Part shown: piece by piece, positions 33,001-48,000 of the stretch
Position numbering within the stretch: the stretch's first letter is position 1
Layout: each line of letters begins with the position of its first letter
NCBI GenBank assembly: GCA_964016885.1
Contig: OZ024753.1
Span: 19,530,001-19,594,000 of the forward strand
Source of the DNA: Eledone cirrhosa
Taxonomy: Eukaryota
Length of the DNA stretch: 64,000 bases
Reading direction: 5' to 3'
The notes under the pieces: model-generated
Databases searched by the model: none
What the model was told of the DNA's origin: nothing
The model's input: the letters and a program-made list of their open reading frames with translations, nothing else
Position numbers and translations under genes: made by a program

Positions 33001-36000
33001 GTACTGAGACTAACTTTGACAGTAGCAACACTGTACTGAGTCAAATCTATGACAGTAGTAACACTGTACTGAGACCAACTATGACAGTAGTAACACTGTA
33101 CTGAGACCAACTATGACAGTAGTAACACTGTACTGAGACTAACTATGACAGTAGTAACACTGTACTGAGACTAACTATGACAGTAGTAACACTGTACTGA
33201 GACCAACTATGACAGTAGTAACACTGTACTGAGACTAACTATGACAGTAGTAACACTGTACTGAGACTAACTATGACAGTAGTAACACTGTAGTGATACT
33301 AACTTTGACAGTAGTAACACTGTACTGAGACTAACTATGACAGTAGTAACACTGTACTGAGACCAACTATGACAGTAGTAACACTGTACTGAGACTAACT
33401 ATGACAGTAGTTAAACTGTACTGAGACTAACTATGACAGTAGTAACACTGTACTAAGACCAACTATGACAGTAGTAACACTGTACTGAGACTAACTATGA
33501 CAGTAGTAACACTGTACTGAGACTAACTATGACGGTAGTAACACTGTACTAAGACCAACTATGACAGTAGTAACACTGTACTGAGACTAACTATGACAGT
33601 AGTAACACTGTAATAAGACTAACTATGACAGTAGTAACACTGTACTGGGACTAACTATGACAGTACTAACACTGTACTGAGACCAACTATGACAGTAGTA
33701 ACACTGTACTGAGGCTAAATATGACAGTAGTAACACTGTACTGGGACTAACTATGACAGTAGTAACACTGTAATAAGACTAACTATGACAGTAGTAACAC
33801 TGTACTGAGATCAACTATGACAGTAGTAACACTGTACTGAGACTAAATATGACAGTAGTAACACTGTACTGGGACTAACTATGACAGTAGTAACACTGTA
33901 CTGAGACTAACTATGATAGTAGTAACACTGTACTGAGACTAACTATGACAGTAGTACACCGTACTGAGACTAACTATGATAGTAGTAACACTGTACTGAG
34001 ACTAACTATGACAGTAGTAACACTGTACTGAGACCAACTATGACACTAGTAACACTGTACTGAGACTAACTATGACAGTAGTAACACTGTACTGAGACTA
34101 ACTATGACAGTAGTAACACTGTACTGAGACTAACTATGACAGTAGTAACACTGTACTGAGACCAACTATGACAGTAGTAACACTGTACTGAGACTAACTA
34201 TGACAGTAGTAACACTGTACTGAGACTAACTATGACAGTAGTAACATTGTACTGAGACCAACTATGACAGTAGTAACACTCTACTGAGACTAACTATGAC
34301 AGTAGTAACACTGTACTGAGACCAACTATGACAGTAGTAACACTGTACTGGGACTAACTATGACAGTAGTTACACTGTATTGAGACTAACTATGACAGTA
34401 GTAACACTGTACTGAGACTAACTATGACACTAGTAACATTGTACTGAGACCAACTATGACAGTAGTAACACTGTACTGAGACTAACTAGGACAGTAGTAA
34501 CACTGTACTGAGACTAACTATGACAGTATTAACACTGTACTGAGACCAACTATGACAGTGGTAACACTGTACTGGGACTAACTATGACAGTAGTAACACT
34601 GTACTGAGACCAACTATGACAGTAGTAACCCTGTACTGGGACTAACTATGACAGTAGTAACACTGTACTGAGACTAACTATGACAGTAGTAACACTGTAC
34701 TGAGACTAACTATGACAGTAGTAACACTGTACTGAGACCAACTATGACAGTAGTAACACTACTGAGACTAACTATGACAGTAGTAACACTGTACTGGGAC
34801 TAACTATGACTGTAGTAACACTGTACTGAGACCAACTATGACAGTAGTAACACTGTACTGAGACCAACTATGACAGTAGTAACACTGTACTGAGACTAAC
34901 TATGACAGTAGTAACACTGTACTGAGACCAGCTGCGACAGTAGTAACACTGTACTGAGACCAGCTGCGACAGTAGTACCACTGTACTGAGACCAGCTACG
35001 ACAGTAGTAACACTGTACTGAGACCAACTATGACAGTAGTAACACTGTACTGAGACCAACTATGACAGTAGTAACACTGTACTGAGACCAACTATGACAG
35101 TAGTAACACTGTACTGAGACTAAATATGACAGTAGTAACACTGTACTAAGACCAACTATGACAGTAGTAACACTGTACTGGGACTAATTATGACAGTAGT
35201 AACACTGTACTGAGACTAACTATGACAGTAGTAACACTGTACTGAGACTAACTTTGACAGTAGTAACACTGTACATAGACAAACTATGACAGTAGTAACA
35301 CTGTACTGAGACCAACTATGACAGTATTAACACTGTACTGAGACTACCTATGACAGTAGTAACACTGTACTGAGACCAACTATGACAGTAGTAACACTGT
35401 ACTGAGAATAACTATGACAGTATTAACACTGTACTGAGACTAAATATGACAGTAGTAACACTGTACTGAGACTAACTATGACAGTAGTAACACTGTACTG
35501 AGACTAACTATGACAGTAGTAACACTGTACTGAGAATAACTATGACAGTATTAACACTGTACTGAGACTAACTATGACAGTAGTAACACTGTACTGATAC
35601 TAACTATGACAGTAGTAACACTGTACTGAGACTAACTATGACAGTATTAACACTGTACTAAGACTAAATATGATAGTAGTAACAATGTACTGACAGCAAC
35701 AATGACAGTAGTAACACTGTACTGAGAATAACTATGACAGTATTAACACTGTACTGAGACTAACTATGACTGTAGTAACACTGTACTGAGACTAACTATG
35801 ACAGTGGTAACACTGTAATGAGACCAACTATGACAGTAGTAACACTGTACTGAGAATAACTATGACAGTATTAACACTGTACTGAGACTAACTATGACAG
35901 TAGTAACACTGTACTGAGACTAACTATGACAGTAGTAACACTGTACTTAGACCAACTATGACAGTAGTAACACTGTACTGAGACTAACTATGACAGTAGT

Positions 36001-39000
36001 AACACTGTACTGGGACTAACTATGACAGTAGTAACACTGTACCAAGACTAAATATGAAAGTAGTAACACTGTACTGAGACTACCTATGACAGTAGTAACA
36101 CTGTACTGTCACTAACTATTACAGTAGTAACACTGTACTGAGACTAACTGTGACAGTAGCAACACTGTACTGAGACTAACTATGACAGCAGTAACACTGT
36201 ACTGGGACTAACTATGACAGTTGTAACACTGTACCAAGACTAAATATGACAGTAGTAACAATGTACTGAGACTACCTATGACAGTAGTAACACTGTACTG
36301 TCACTAACTATGACAGTAGTAACACTGTACTGAGACTAACTGTGACAGTAGTAACACTGTACTGATACTAACTATGACAGTAGTTACACTGTACTGAGAC
36401 TACCTATGACAGTAGTAACACTGTACTGGGACTAACTATGACAGTAGTAACACTGTGCTGGGACTAACTATGACAGTAGTAACACTGTACTGAGTCAAAA
36501 CTATGACAGTAGTAACACTGTACTGAGACTAACTTTGACAGTAGCAACACTGTACTGAGTCAAATCTATGACAGTAGTAACACTGTACTGAGACCAACTA
36601 TGACAGTAGTAACACTGTACTGAGACCAACTATGACAGTAGTAACACTGTACTGAGACTAACTATGACAGTAGTAACACTGTACTGAGACTAACTATGAC
36701 AGTAGTAACACTGTACTGAGACCAACTATGACAGTAGTAACACTGTACTGAGACTAACTATGACAGTAGTAACACTGTACTGAGACTAACTATGACAGTA
36801 GTAACACTGTAGTGATACTAACTTTGACAGTAGTAACACTGTACTGAGACTAACTATGACAGTAGTAACACTGTACTGAGACCAACTATGACAGTAGTAA
36901 CACTGTACTGAGACTAACTATGACAGTAGTTAAACTGTACTGAGACTAACTATGACAGTAGTAACACTGTACTAAGACCAACTATGACAGTAGTAACACT
37001 GTACTGAGACTAACTATGACAGTAGTAACACTGTACTGAGACTAACTATGACGGTAGTAACACTGTACTAAGACCAACTATGACAGTAGTAACACTGTAC
37101 TGAGACTAACTATGACAGTAGTAACACTGTAATAAGACTAACTATGACAGTAGTAACACTGTACTGGGACTAACTATGACAGTACTAACACTGTACTGAG
37201 ACCAACTATGACAGTAGTAACACTGTACTGAGGCTAAATATGACAGTAGTAACACTGTACTGGGACTAACTATGACAGTAGTAACACTGTAATAAGACTA
37301 ACTATGACAGTAGTAACACTGTACTGAGATCAACTATGACAGTAGTAACACTGTACTGAGACTAAATATGACAGTAGTAACACTGTACTGGGACTAACTA
37401 TGACAGTAGTAACACTGTACTGAGACTAACTATGATAGTAGTAACACTGTACTGAGACTAACTATGACAGTAGTACACCGTAATGAGACTAACTATGATA
37501 GTAGTAACACTGTACTGAGACTAACTATGACAGTAGTAACACTGTACTGAGACCAACTATGACACTAGTAACACTGTACTGAGACTAACTATGACAGTAG
37601 TAACACTGTACTGAGACTAACTATGACAGTAGTAACACTGTACTGAGACTAACTATGACAGTAGTAACACTGTACTGAGACCAACTATGACAGTAGTAAC
37701 ACTGTACTGAGACTAACTATGACAGTAGTAACACTGTACTGAGACTAACTATGACAGTAGTAACATTGTACTGAGACCAACTATGACAGTAGTAACACTC
37801 TACTGAGACTAACTATGACAGTAGTAACACTGTACTGAGACCAACTATGACAGTAGTAACACTGTACTGGGACTAACTATGACAGTAGTTACACTGTATT
37901 GAGACTAACTATGACAGTAGTAACACTGTACTGAGACTAACTATGACACTAGTAACATTGTACTGAGACCAACTATGACAGTAGTAACACTGTACTGAGA
38001 CTAACTAGGACAGTAGTAACACTGTACTGAGACTAACTATGACAGTATTAACACTGTACTGAGACCAACTATGACAGTGGTAACACTGTACTGGGACTAA
38101 CTATGACAGTAGTAACACTGTACTGAGACCAACTATGACAGTAGTAACCCTGTACTGGGACTAACTATGACAGTAGTAACACTGTACTGAGACTAACTAT
38201 GACAGTAGTAACACTGTACTGAGACTAACTATGACAGTAGTAACACTGTACTGAGACCAACTATGACAGTAGTAACACTACTGAGACTAACTATGACAGT
38301 AGTAACACTGTACTGGGACTAACTATGACTGTAGTAACACTGTACTGAGACCAACTATGACAGTATTAACACTGTACTGGGACTAACTAAGACAGTAGTA
38401 ACGCTGTATTGAGACTAACTATGACAGTAGTAACACTGTACTGAGACTAACTAGGACAGTAGTAACACTGTACTGAGACTAACAATGACAGTAGTAACAC
38501 TGTACTGAGACTAACTATGACAGTAGTAACACTGTACTGAAACCAACTATGACAGTAGTAACACTGTACTGAGACTATGACAGTAGTAACACTGTACTGA
38601 GACTAACTATGACAGTAGTAACACTGTACTGAGACCAACTATGACAGTAGTAACACTGTACTGAGACTAACTATGACAGTAGTAACACTGTACTGGGACT
38701 AACTATGACTGTAGTAACACTGTACTGAGACCAACTATGACAGTATTAACACTGTACTGGGACTAACTAAGACAGTAGTAACGCTGTATTGAGACTAACT
38801 ATGACAGTAGTAACACTGTACTGAGACTAACTAGGACAGTAGTAACAATGTACTGAGACCAACTATGACAGTAGTAACACTGTACTGAGACCAACTACGA
38901 CAGTAGTAACACTGTACTGAGACTAACTATGACAGTAGTAACACTGTACTGAGACTAACTATGACAGTAGTAACACTGTACTGAGACCAACTATGACAGT

Positions 39001-42000
39001 AGTAACACTGTACTGAGACTAACTATGACAGTAGTAACACTGTACTGAGACTAACTATGACAGTAGTAACATTGTACTGAGACCAACTATGACAGTAGTA
39101 ACACTCTACTGAGACTAACTATGACAGTAGTAACACTGTACTGAGACCAACTATGACAGTAGTAACACTGTACTGGGACTAACTATGACAGTAGTTACAC
39201 TGTATTGAGACTAACTATGACAGTAGTAACACTGTACTGAGACTAACTATGACACTAGTAACATTGTACTGAGACCAACTATGACAGTAGTAACACTGTA
39301 CTGAGACTAACTAGGACAGTAGTAACACTGTACTGAGACTAACTATGACAGTATTAACACTGTACTGAGACCAACTATGACAGTGGTAACACTGTACTGG
39401 GACTAACTATGACAGTAGTAACACTGTACTGAGACCAACTATGACAGTAGTAACCCTGTACTGGGACTAACTATGACAGTAGTAACACTGTACTGAGACT
39501 AACTATGACAGTAGTAACACTGTACTGAGACTAACTATGACAGTAGAAACACTGTACTGAGACCAACTATGACAGTAGTAACACTACTGAGACTAACTAT
39601 GACAGTAGTAACACTGTACTGGGACTAACTATGACTGTAGTAACACTGTACTGAGACCAACTATGACAGTAGTAACACTGTACTGAGACCAACTATGACA
39701 GTAGTAACACTGTACTGAGACTAACTATGACAGTAGTAACACTGTACTGAGACCAGCTGCGACAGTAGTAACACTGTACTGAGACCAGCTGCGACAGTAG
39801 TACCACTGTACTGAGACCAGCTACGACAGTAGTAACACTGTACTGAGACCAACTATGACAGTAGTAACACTGTACTGAGACCAACTATGACAGTAGTAAC
39901 ACTGTACTGAGACCAACTATGACAGTAGTAACACTGTACTGAGACTAAATATGACAGTAGTAACACTGTACTAAGACCAACTATGACAGTAGTAACACTG
40001 TACTGGGACTAATTATGACAGTAGTAACACTGTACTGAGACTAACTATGACAGTAGTAACACTGTACTGAGACTAACTTTGACAGTAGTAACACTGTACA
40101 TAGACAAACTATGACAGTAGTAACACTGTACTGAGACCAACTATGACAGTATTAACACTGTACTGAGACTACCTATGACAGTAGTAACACTGTACTGAGA
40201 CCAACTATGACAGTAGTAACACTGTACTGAGAATAACTATGACAGTATTAACACTGTACTGAGACTAAATATGACAGTAGTAACACTGTACTGAGACTAA
40301 CTATGACAGTAGTAACACTGTACTGAGACTAACTATGACAGTAGTAACACTGTACTGAGAATAACTATGACAGTATTAACACTGTACTGAGACTAACTAT
40401 GACAGTAGTAACACTGTACTGATACTAACTATGACAGTAGTAACACTGTACTGAGACTAACTATGACAGTATTAACACTGTACTAAGACTAAATATGATA
40501 GTAGTAACACTGTACTGACAGCAACAATGACAGTAGTAACACTGTACTGAGAATAACTATGACAGTATTAACACTGTACTGAGACTAACTATGACTGTAG
40601 TAACACTGTACTGAGACTAACTATGACAGTGGTAACACTGTAATGAGACCAACTATGACAGTAGTAACACTGTACTGAGAATAACTATGACAGTATTAAC
40701 ACTGTACTGAGACTAACTATGACAGTAGTAACACTGTACTGAGACTAACTATGACAGTAGTAACACTGTACTTAGACCAACTATGACAGTAGTAACACTG
40801 TACTGAGACTAACTATGACAGTAGTAACACTGTACTGGGACTAACTATGACAGTAGTAACACTGTACCAAGACTAAATATGAAAGTAGTAACACTGTACT
40901 GAGACTACCTATGACAGTAGTAACACTGTACTGTCACTAACTATTACAGTAGTAACACTGTACTGAGACTAACTGTGACAGTAGCAACACTGTACTGAGA
41001 CTAACTATGACAGCAGTAACACTGTACTGGGACTAACTATGACAGTTGTAACACTGTACCAAGACTAAATATCACAGTAGTAACAATGTACTGAGACTAC
41101 CTATGACAGTAGTAACACTGTACTGTCACTAACTATGACAGTAGTAACACTGTACTGAGACTAACTGTGACAGTAGTAACACTGTACTGATACTAACTAT
41201 GACAGTAGTTACACTGTACTGAGACTACCTATGACAGTAGTAACACTGTACTGGGACTAACTATGACAGTAGTAACACTGTGCTGGGACTAACTATGACA
41301 GTAGTAACACTGTACTGAGTCAAAACTATGACAGTAGTAACACTGTACTGAGACTAACTTTGACAGTAGCAACACTGTACTGAGTCAAATCTATGACAGT
41401 AGTAACACTGTACTGAGACCAACTATGACAGTAGTAACACTGTACTGAGACCAACTATGACAGTAGTAACACTGTACTGAGACTAACTATGACAGTAGTA
41501 ACACTGTACTGAGACTAACTATGACAGTAGTAACACTGTACTGAGACCAACTATGACAGTAGTAACACTGTACTGAGACTAACTATGACAGTAGTAACAC
41601 TGTACTGAGACTAACTATGACAGTAGTAACACTGTAGTGATACTAACTTTGACAGTAGTAACACTGTACTGAGACTAACTATGACAGTAGTAACACTGTA
41701 CTGAGACCAACTATGACAGTAGTAACACTGTACTGAGACTAACTATGACAGTAGTTAAACTGTACTGAGACTAACTATGACAGTAGTAACACTGTACTAA
41801 GACCAACTATGACAGTAGTAACACTGTACTGAGACTAACTATGACAGTAGTAACACTGTACTGAGACTAACTATGACGGTAGTAACACTGTACTAAGACC
41901 AACTATGACAGTAGTAACACTGTACTGAGACTAACTATGACAGTAGTAACACTGTAATAAGACTAACTATGACAGTAGTAACACTGTACTGGGACTAACT

Positions 42001-45000
42001 ATGACAGTACTAACACTGTACTGAGACCAACTATGACAGTAGTAACACTGTACTGAGGCTAAATATGACAGTAGTAACACTGTACTGGGACTAACTATGA
42101 CAGTAGTAACACTGTAATAAGACTAACTATGACAGTAGTAACACTGTACTGAGATCAACTATGACAGTAGTAACACTGTACTGAGACTAAATATGACAGT
42201 AGTAACACTGTACTGGGACTAACTATGACAGTAGTAACACTGTACTGAGACTAACTATGATAGTAGTAACACTGTACTGAGACTAACTATGACAGTAGTA
42301 CACCGTACTGAGACTAACTATGATAGTAGTAACACTGTACTGAGACTAACTATGACAGTAGTAACACTGTACTGAGACCAACTATGACACTAGTAACACT
42401 GTACTGAGACTAACTATGACAGTAGTAACACTGTACTGAGACTAACTATGACAGTAGTAACACTGTACTGAGACTAACTATGACAGTAGTAACACTGTAC
42501 TGAGACCAACTATGACAGTAGTAACACTGTACTGAGACTAACTATGACAGTAGTAACACTGTACTGAGACTAACTATGACAGTAGTAACATTGTACTGAG
42601 ACCAACTATGACAGTAGTAACACTCTACTGAGACTAACTATGACAGTAGTAACACTGTACTGAGACCAACTATGACAGTAGTAACACTGTACTGGGACTA
42701 ACTATGACAGTAGTTACACTGTATTGAGACTAACTATGACAGTAGTAACACTGTACTGAGACTAACTATGACACTAGTAACATTGTACTGAGACCAACTA
42801 TGACAGTAGTAACACTGTACTGAGACTAACTAGGACAGTAGTAACACTGTACTGAGACTAACTATGACAGTATTAACACTGTACTGAGACCAACTATGAC
42901 AGTGGTAACACTGTACTGGGACTAACTATGACAGTAGTAACACTGTACTGAGACCAACTATGACAGTAGTAACCCTGTACTGGGACTAACTATGACAGTA
43001 GTAACACTGTACTGAGACTAACTATGACAGTAGTAACACTGTACTGAGACTAACTATGACAGTAGTAACACTGTACTGAGACCAACTATGACAGTAGTAA
43101 CACTACTGAGACTAACTATGACAGTAGTAACACTGTACTGGGACTAACTATGACTGTAGTAACACTGTACTGAGACCAACTATGACAGTATTAACACTGT
43201 ACTGGGACTAACTAAGACAGTAGTAACGCTGTATTGAGACTAACTATGACAGTAGTAACACTGTACTGAGACTAACTAGGACAGTAGTAACACTGTACTG
43301 AGACTAACAATGACAGTAGTAACACTGTACTGAGACTAACTATGACAGTAGTAACACTGTACTGAAACCAACTATGACAGTAGTAACACTGTACTGAGAC
43401 TATGACAGTAGTAACACTGTACTGAGACTAACTATGACAGTAGTAACACTGTACTGAGACCAACTATGACAGTAGTAACACTGTACTGAGACTAACTATG
43501 ACAGTAGTAACACTGTACTGGGACTAACTATGACTGTAGTAACACTGTACTGAGACCAACTATGACAGTATTAACACTGTACTGGGACTAACTAAGACAG
43601 TAGTAACGCTGTATTGAGACTAACTATGACAGTAGTAACACTGTACTGAGACTAACTAGGACAGTAGTAACACTGTACTGAGACTAACAATGACAGTAGT
43701 AACACTGTACTGAGACTAACTATGACAGTAGTAACACTGTACTGAAACCAACTATGACAGTAGTAACACTGTACTGAGACTAACTATGACAGTAGTAACA
43801 CTGTACTGAGACTAACTATGACAGTAGTAACACTGTACTGAGACCAGCTGCGACAGTAGTAACACTGTACTGAGACTAACTATGACAGTAGTTACACTGT
43901 ACTGAGACTAACTATGACAGTAGTAACACTGTACTGAGACTAACTATGACAGTAGTAACACTGTACTGAGACTAACTATGACAGTAGTAACACTGTACTG
44001 AGACCAACTATGACAGTAGTAACACTGTACTGAGACCAACTATGACAGTAGTAACACTGTACTGAGACCAACTATGACAGTAGTAACACTGTACTGGGAC
44101 TAACTATGACAGTAGTAACACTGTACTGAGACTAACTATGACAGTAGTAACACTGTACTGAGACTAACTATGACAGTAGTAACACTGTACTGAGACCAAC
44201 TATGACAGTAGTAACACTGTACTGAGACCAACTATGACAGTAGTAACACTGTACTGAGACCAACTATGACAGTAGTAACACTGTACTGGGACTAACTATG
44301 ACAGTAGTAACACTGTACTGAGAGTAACTATGACAGTAGTAACACTGTACTGAGACTAACTATGACAGTAGTAACACTGTACTGAGACTAACTATGACAG
44401 TAGTAACACTGTACTGGGACTAACTATGACAGTAGTAACACTGTACTGAGACCAACTATGACAGTAGTAACACTGTTCTGGGACTAACAATGACAGTAGT
44501 AACACTGTACTGAAACTAACTATGACAGTAGTAACACTGTACTGGGACTAACTATGACAGTAGTAACACTGTACTGAGACTAACTATGACAGTAGTAACA
44601 CTGTACTAAGACTAACTATGACACTAGTAACACTGTACTGAGACTAACAATGACAGTAGTAACACTGTACTGATACTAACTATGACAGTAGTAACACTGT
44701 ACTGAGACTAACTATGACAGTAGTAACACTGTACTGGGACTAACTATGACAGTAGTAACACTGTACTGAGACCAACTATGACAGTAGTAACACTGTGCTG
44801 AGACCAACTATGACAGTAGTAACACTGTACTGAGACCAACTATGACAGTAGTATCACTGTTCTTGGACTAACTATGACAGTAGTAACACTGCACTGAGAC
44901 TAACTATGACAGTAGTAACACTGTACTGGGACTAACTATGACAGTAGTAACACTGTACTGGGACTAACTATGACAGTAGTAACACTGTACTGAGACCAAC

Positions 45001-48000
45001 TATGACAGTAGTAACACTGTGCTGAGACTAACAGTGACAGTAGCAACACTGTACTGAGACTAACTTTGACAGTAGTAACACTGTACTAAGACTAACTATG
45101 ACAGTAGTAACATTGTACTGAGACCAACTATTGCAGTAGTTACACGGTACTAAGACTAACTATTGTAGTAGTAACACTGTAATGAGACCAACTATGACAG
45201 TAGTAACACTGTACTATCACTAACTATTGTAGTAGTAACACTGTACTGAGACCAACTATGACACTAGTAACACTGTATTGAGACAAACTATAACAGTAGT
45301 AACACTGTACTGAGACCAACTATGACACTACTAACACTGTACTGAGACAAACTATGACACTAATAACACTGTACTGAGACCAACTATGACAGTAGTAACA
45401 CTGTACTGAGACTACCTATGACAGTAGTAACACTGTACTGAGACTAACTATGACAGTAGTTACACTGTACTGAGACTACCTATGACAGTAGTAACACTGT
45501 ACTGGGACTAACTATGACAGTAGTAACACTGTACTAGGACTAACTATGACAGTAGTAACACTGTACTGAGACTAACTATGACAGTAGTAACACTGTACTA
45601 AACTAAATATGATACTAGTAACACTGTACTGAGACTAACTATGACAGTAGTAACACTGTACTGATACCAACTATGACAGTAGTAACACTGTACTGAGACT
45701 AACTATGACAGTAGTAACACTGTACTGAGACCAATTATGACAGTAGTTACACTGTACTGAGACCAACTATGACAGTAGTAACACTGTACTGAGACCAACT
45801 ATGACAGTAGTTACACTGTACTGAGACAAACTATGACACTAGTAACACTGTATTGAGACAAACTATGACAGTAGTAACACTGTACTGAGACCAACTATGA
45901 CAGTAGTAACATTGTACTGAGACCAACTAAGACAGTAGTAACACTGTACTGAGACCAACTATGACAGTAGTAACACTGTACTGAGACCAACTACGACAGT
46001 AATAATACTGTACTGAGACCAACTATGACAGTAGTAACACTGTACTGAGACTAACTATGACAGTAGTAACACTGTACTGAGACTAACTATGACAGTAGTA
46101 ACACTGTACTGAGACCAACTATGACAGTAGTTACACTGTACTGAGACAAACTATGACACTAGTAACACTGTATTGAGACAAACTATGACAGTAGTAACAC
46201 TGTACTGAGACCAACTATGACAGTAGTAACACTGTACTGAGACCAACTAAGACAGTAGTAACACTGTACTGAGACCAACTATGACAGTAGTAACACTGTA
46301 CTGAGACCAACTACGACAGTAGTAATACTGTACTGAGACCAACTATGACAGTAGTAACACTGTACTGAGACCAACTATGACAGTAGTAACACTGTACTGA
46401 GACTAACTATGACAGTAGTAACACTGTACTGAGACTAAATATGACAGTAGTAACACTGTACTAAGACCAACTATGACAGTAGTAACACTGTACTGGGACT
46501 AACTATAACAGTAGTAACACTGTACTGAGACCAACTATGACAGTAGTAACACTGTACTGAGACCAGCTGCGACAGTAGTAACACTGTACTGAGACTAACT
46601 ATGACAGTAGTAACACTGTACTGAGACCAACTATGACAGTAGTAACACTGTACTGAGACCAGCTGCGACAGTAGTAACACTGTACTGAGACCAACTATGA
46701 CAGTAGTAACACTGTACTGAGACTAACTATGACAGTAGTAACACCGTACTGAGACCAGCTGCGACAGTAGTAACACTGTACTGAGACCAGCTGCGACAGT
46801 AGTAACACTGTACTGAGACCAGCTACGACAGTAGTAACACTGTACTGAGACCAACTATGACAGTAGTAACACTGTACTGAGACCAACTATGACAGTAGTA
46901 ACACTGTACTGAGACCAACTATGACAGTAGTAACACTGTACTGAGACTAAATATGACAGCAGTAACACTGTACTAAGACCAACTATGACAGTAGTAACAC
47001 TGTATTGGGACTAATTATGACAGTAGTAACACTGTACTGAGACTAACTATGACAGTAGTAACACTGTACTGAGACTAACTTTGACAGTAGTAACACTGTA
47101 CATAGACAAACTATGACAGTAGTAACACTGTACTGAGACCAACTATGACAGTATTAACACTGTACTGAGACTACCTATGACAGTAGTAACACTGTACTGA
47201 GACCAACTATGACAGTAGTAACATTGTACTGAGAATAACTATGACAGTATTAACACTGTACTGAGACTAAATATGACAGTAGTAACACTGTACTGAGACT
47301 AACTATGACAGTAGTAACACTGTACTGAGACTAACTATGACAGTAGTAACACTGTACTGAGAATAACTATGACAATATTAACACTGTACTGAGACTAACT
47401 ATGACAGTAGTAACACTGTACTGATACTAACTATGACAGTAGTAACACTGTACTGAGACTAACTATGACAGTATTAACACTGTACTAAGACTAAATATGA
47501 TAGTAGTAACACTGTACTGACAGCAACAATGACAGTAGTAACACTGTACTGAGAATAACTATGACAGTATTAACACTGTACTGAGACTAACTATGACTGT
47601 AGTAACACTGTACTGAGACTAACTATGACAGTGGTAACACTGTACTGAGACCAACTATGACAGTAGTAACACTGTACTGAGAATAACTATGACAGTATTA
47701 ACACTGTACTGAGACTAACTATGACAGTAGTAACACTGTACTGAGACTAACTATGACAGTAGTAACACTGTACTTAGACCAACTATGACAGTAGTAACAC
47801 TGTACTGAGACTAACTATGACAGTAGTAACACTGTACTGGGACTAACTATGACAGTAGTAACACTGTACCAAGACTAAATATGAAAGTAGTAACACTGTA
47901 CTGAGACTACCTATGACAGTAGTAACACTGTACTGTCACTAACTATTACAGTAGTAACACTGTACTGAGACTAACTGTGACAGTAGCAACACTGTACTGA

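Noticed and set aside
5084-46886. Minus-strand ORFs with repeating QCYYCHS (CxxC) peptides
   Set aside because: They are translations of the 32-bp repeat through all three frames. They open only where variant monomers remove a TAG, mostly lack true ATG starts, and indel monomers break the frame freely.
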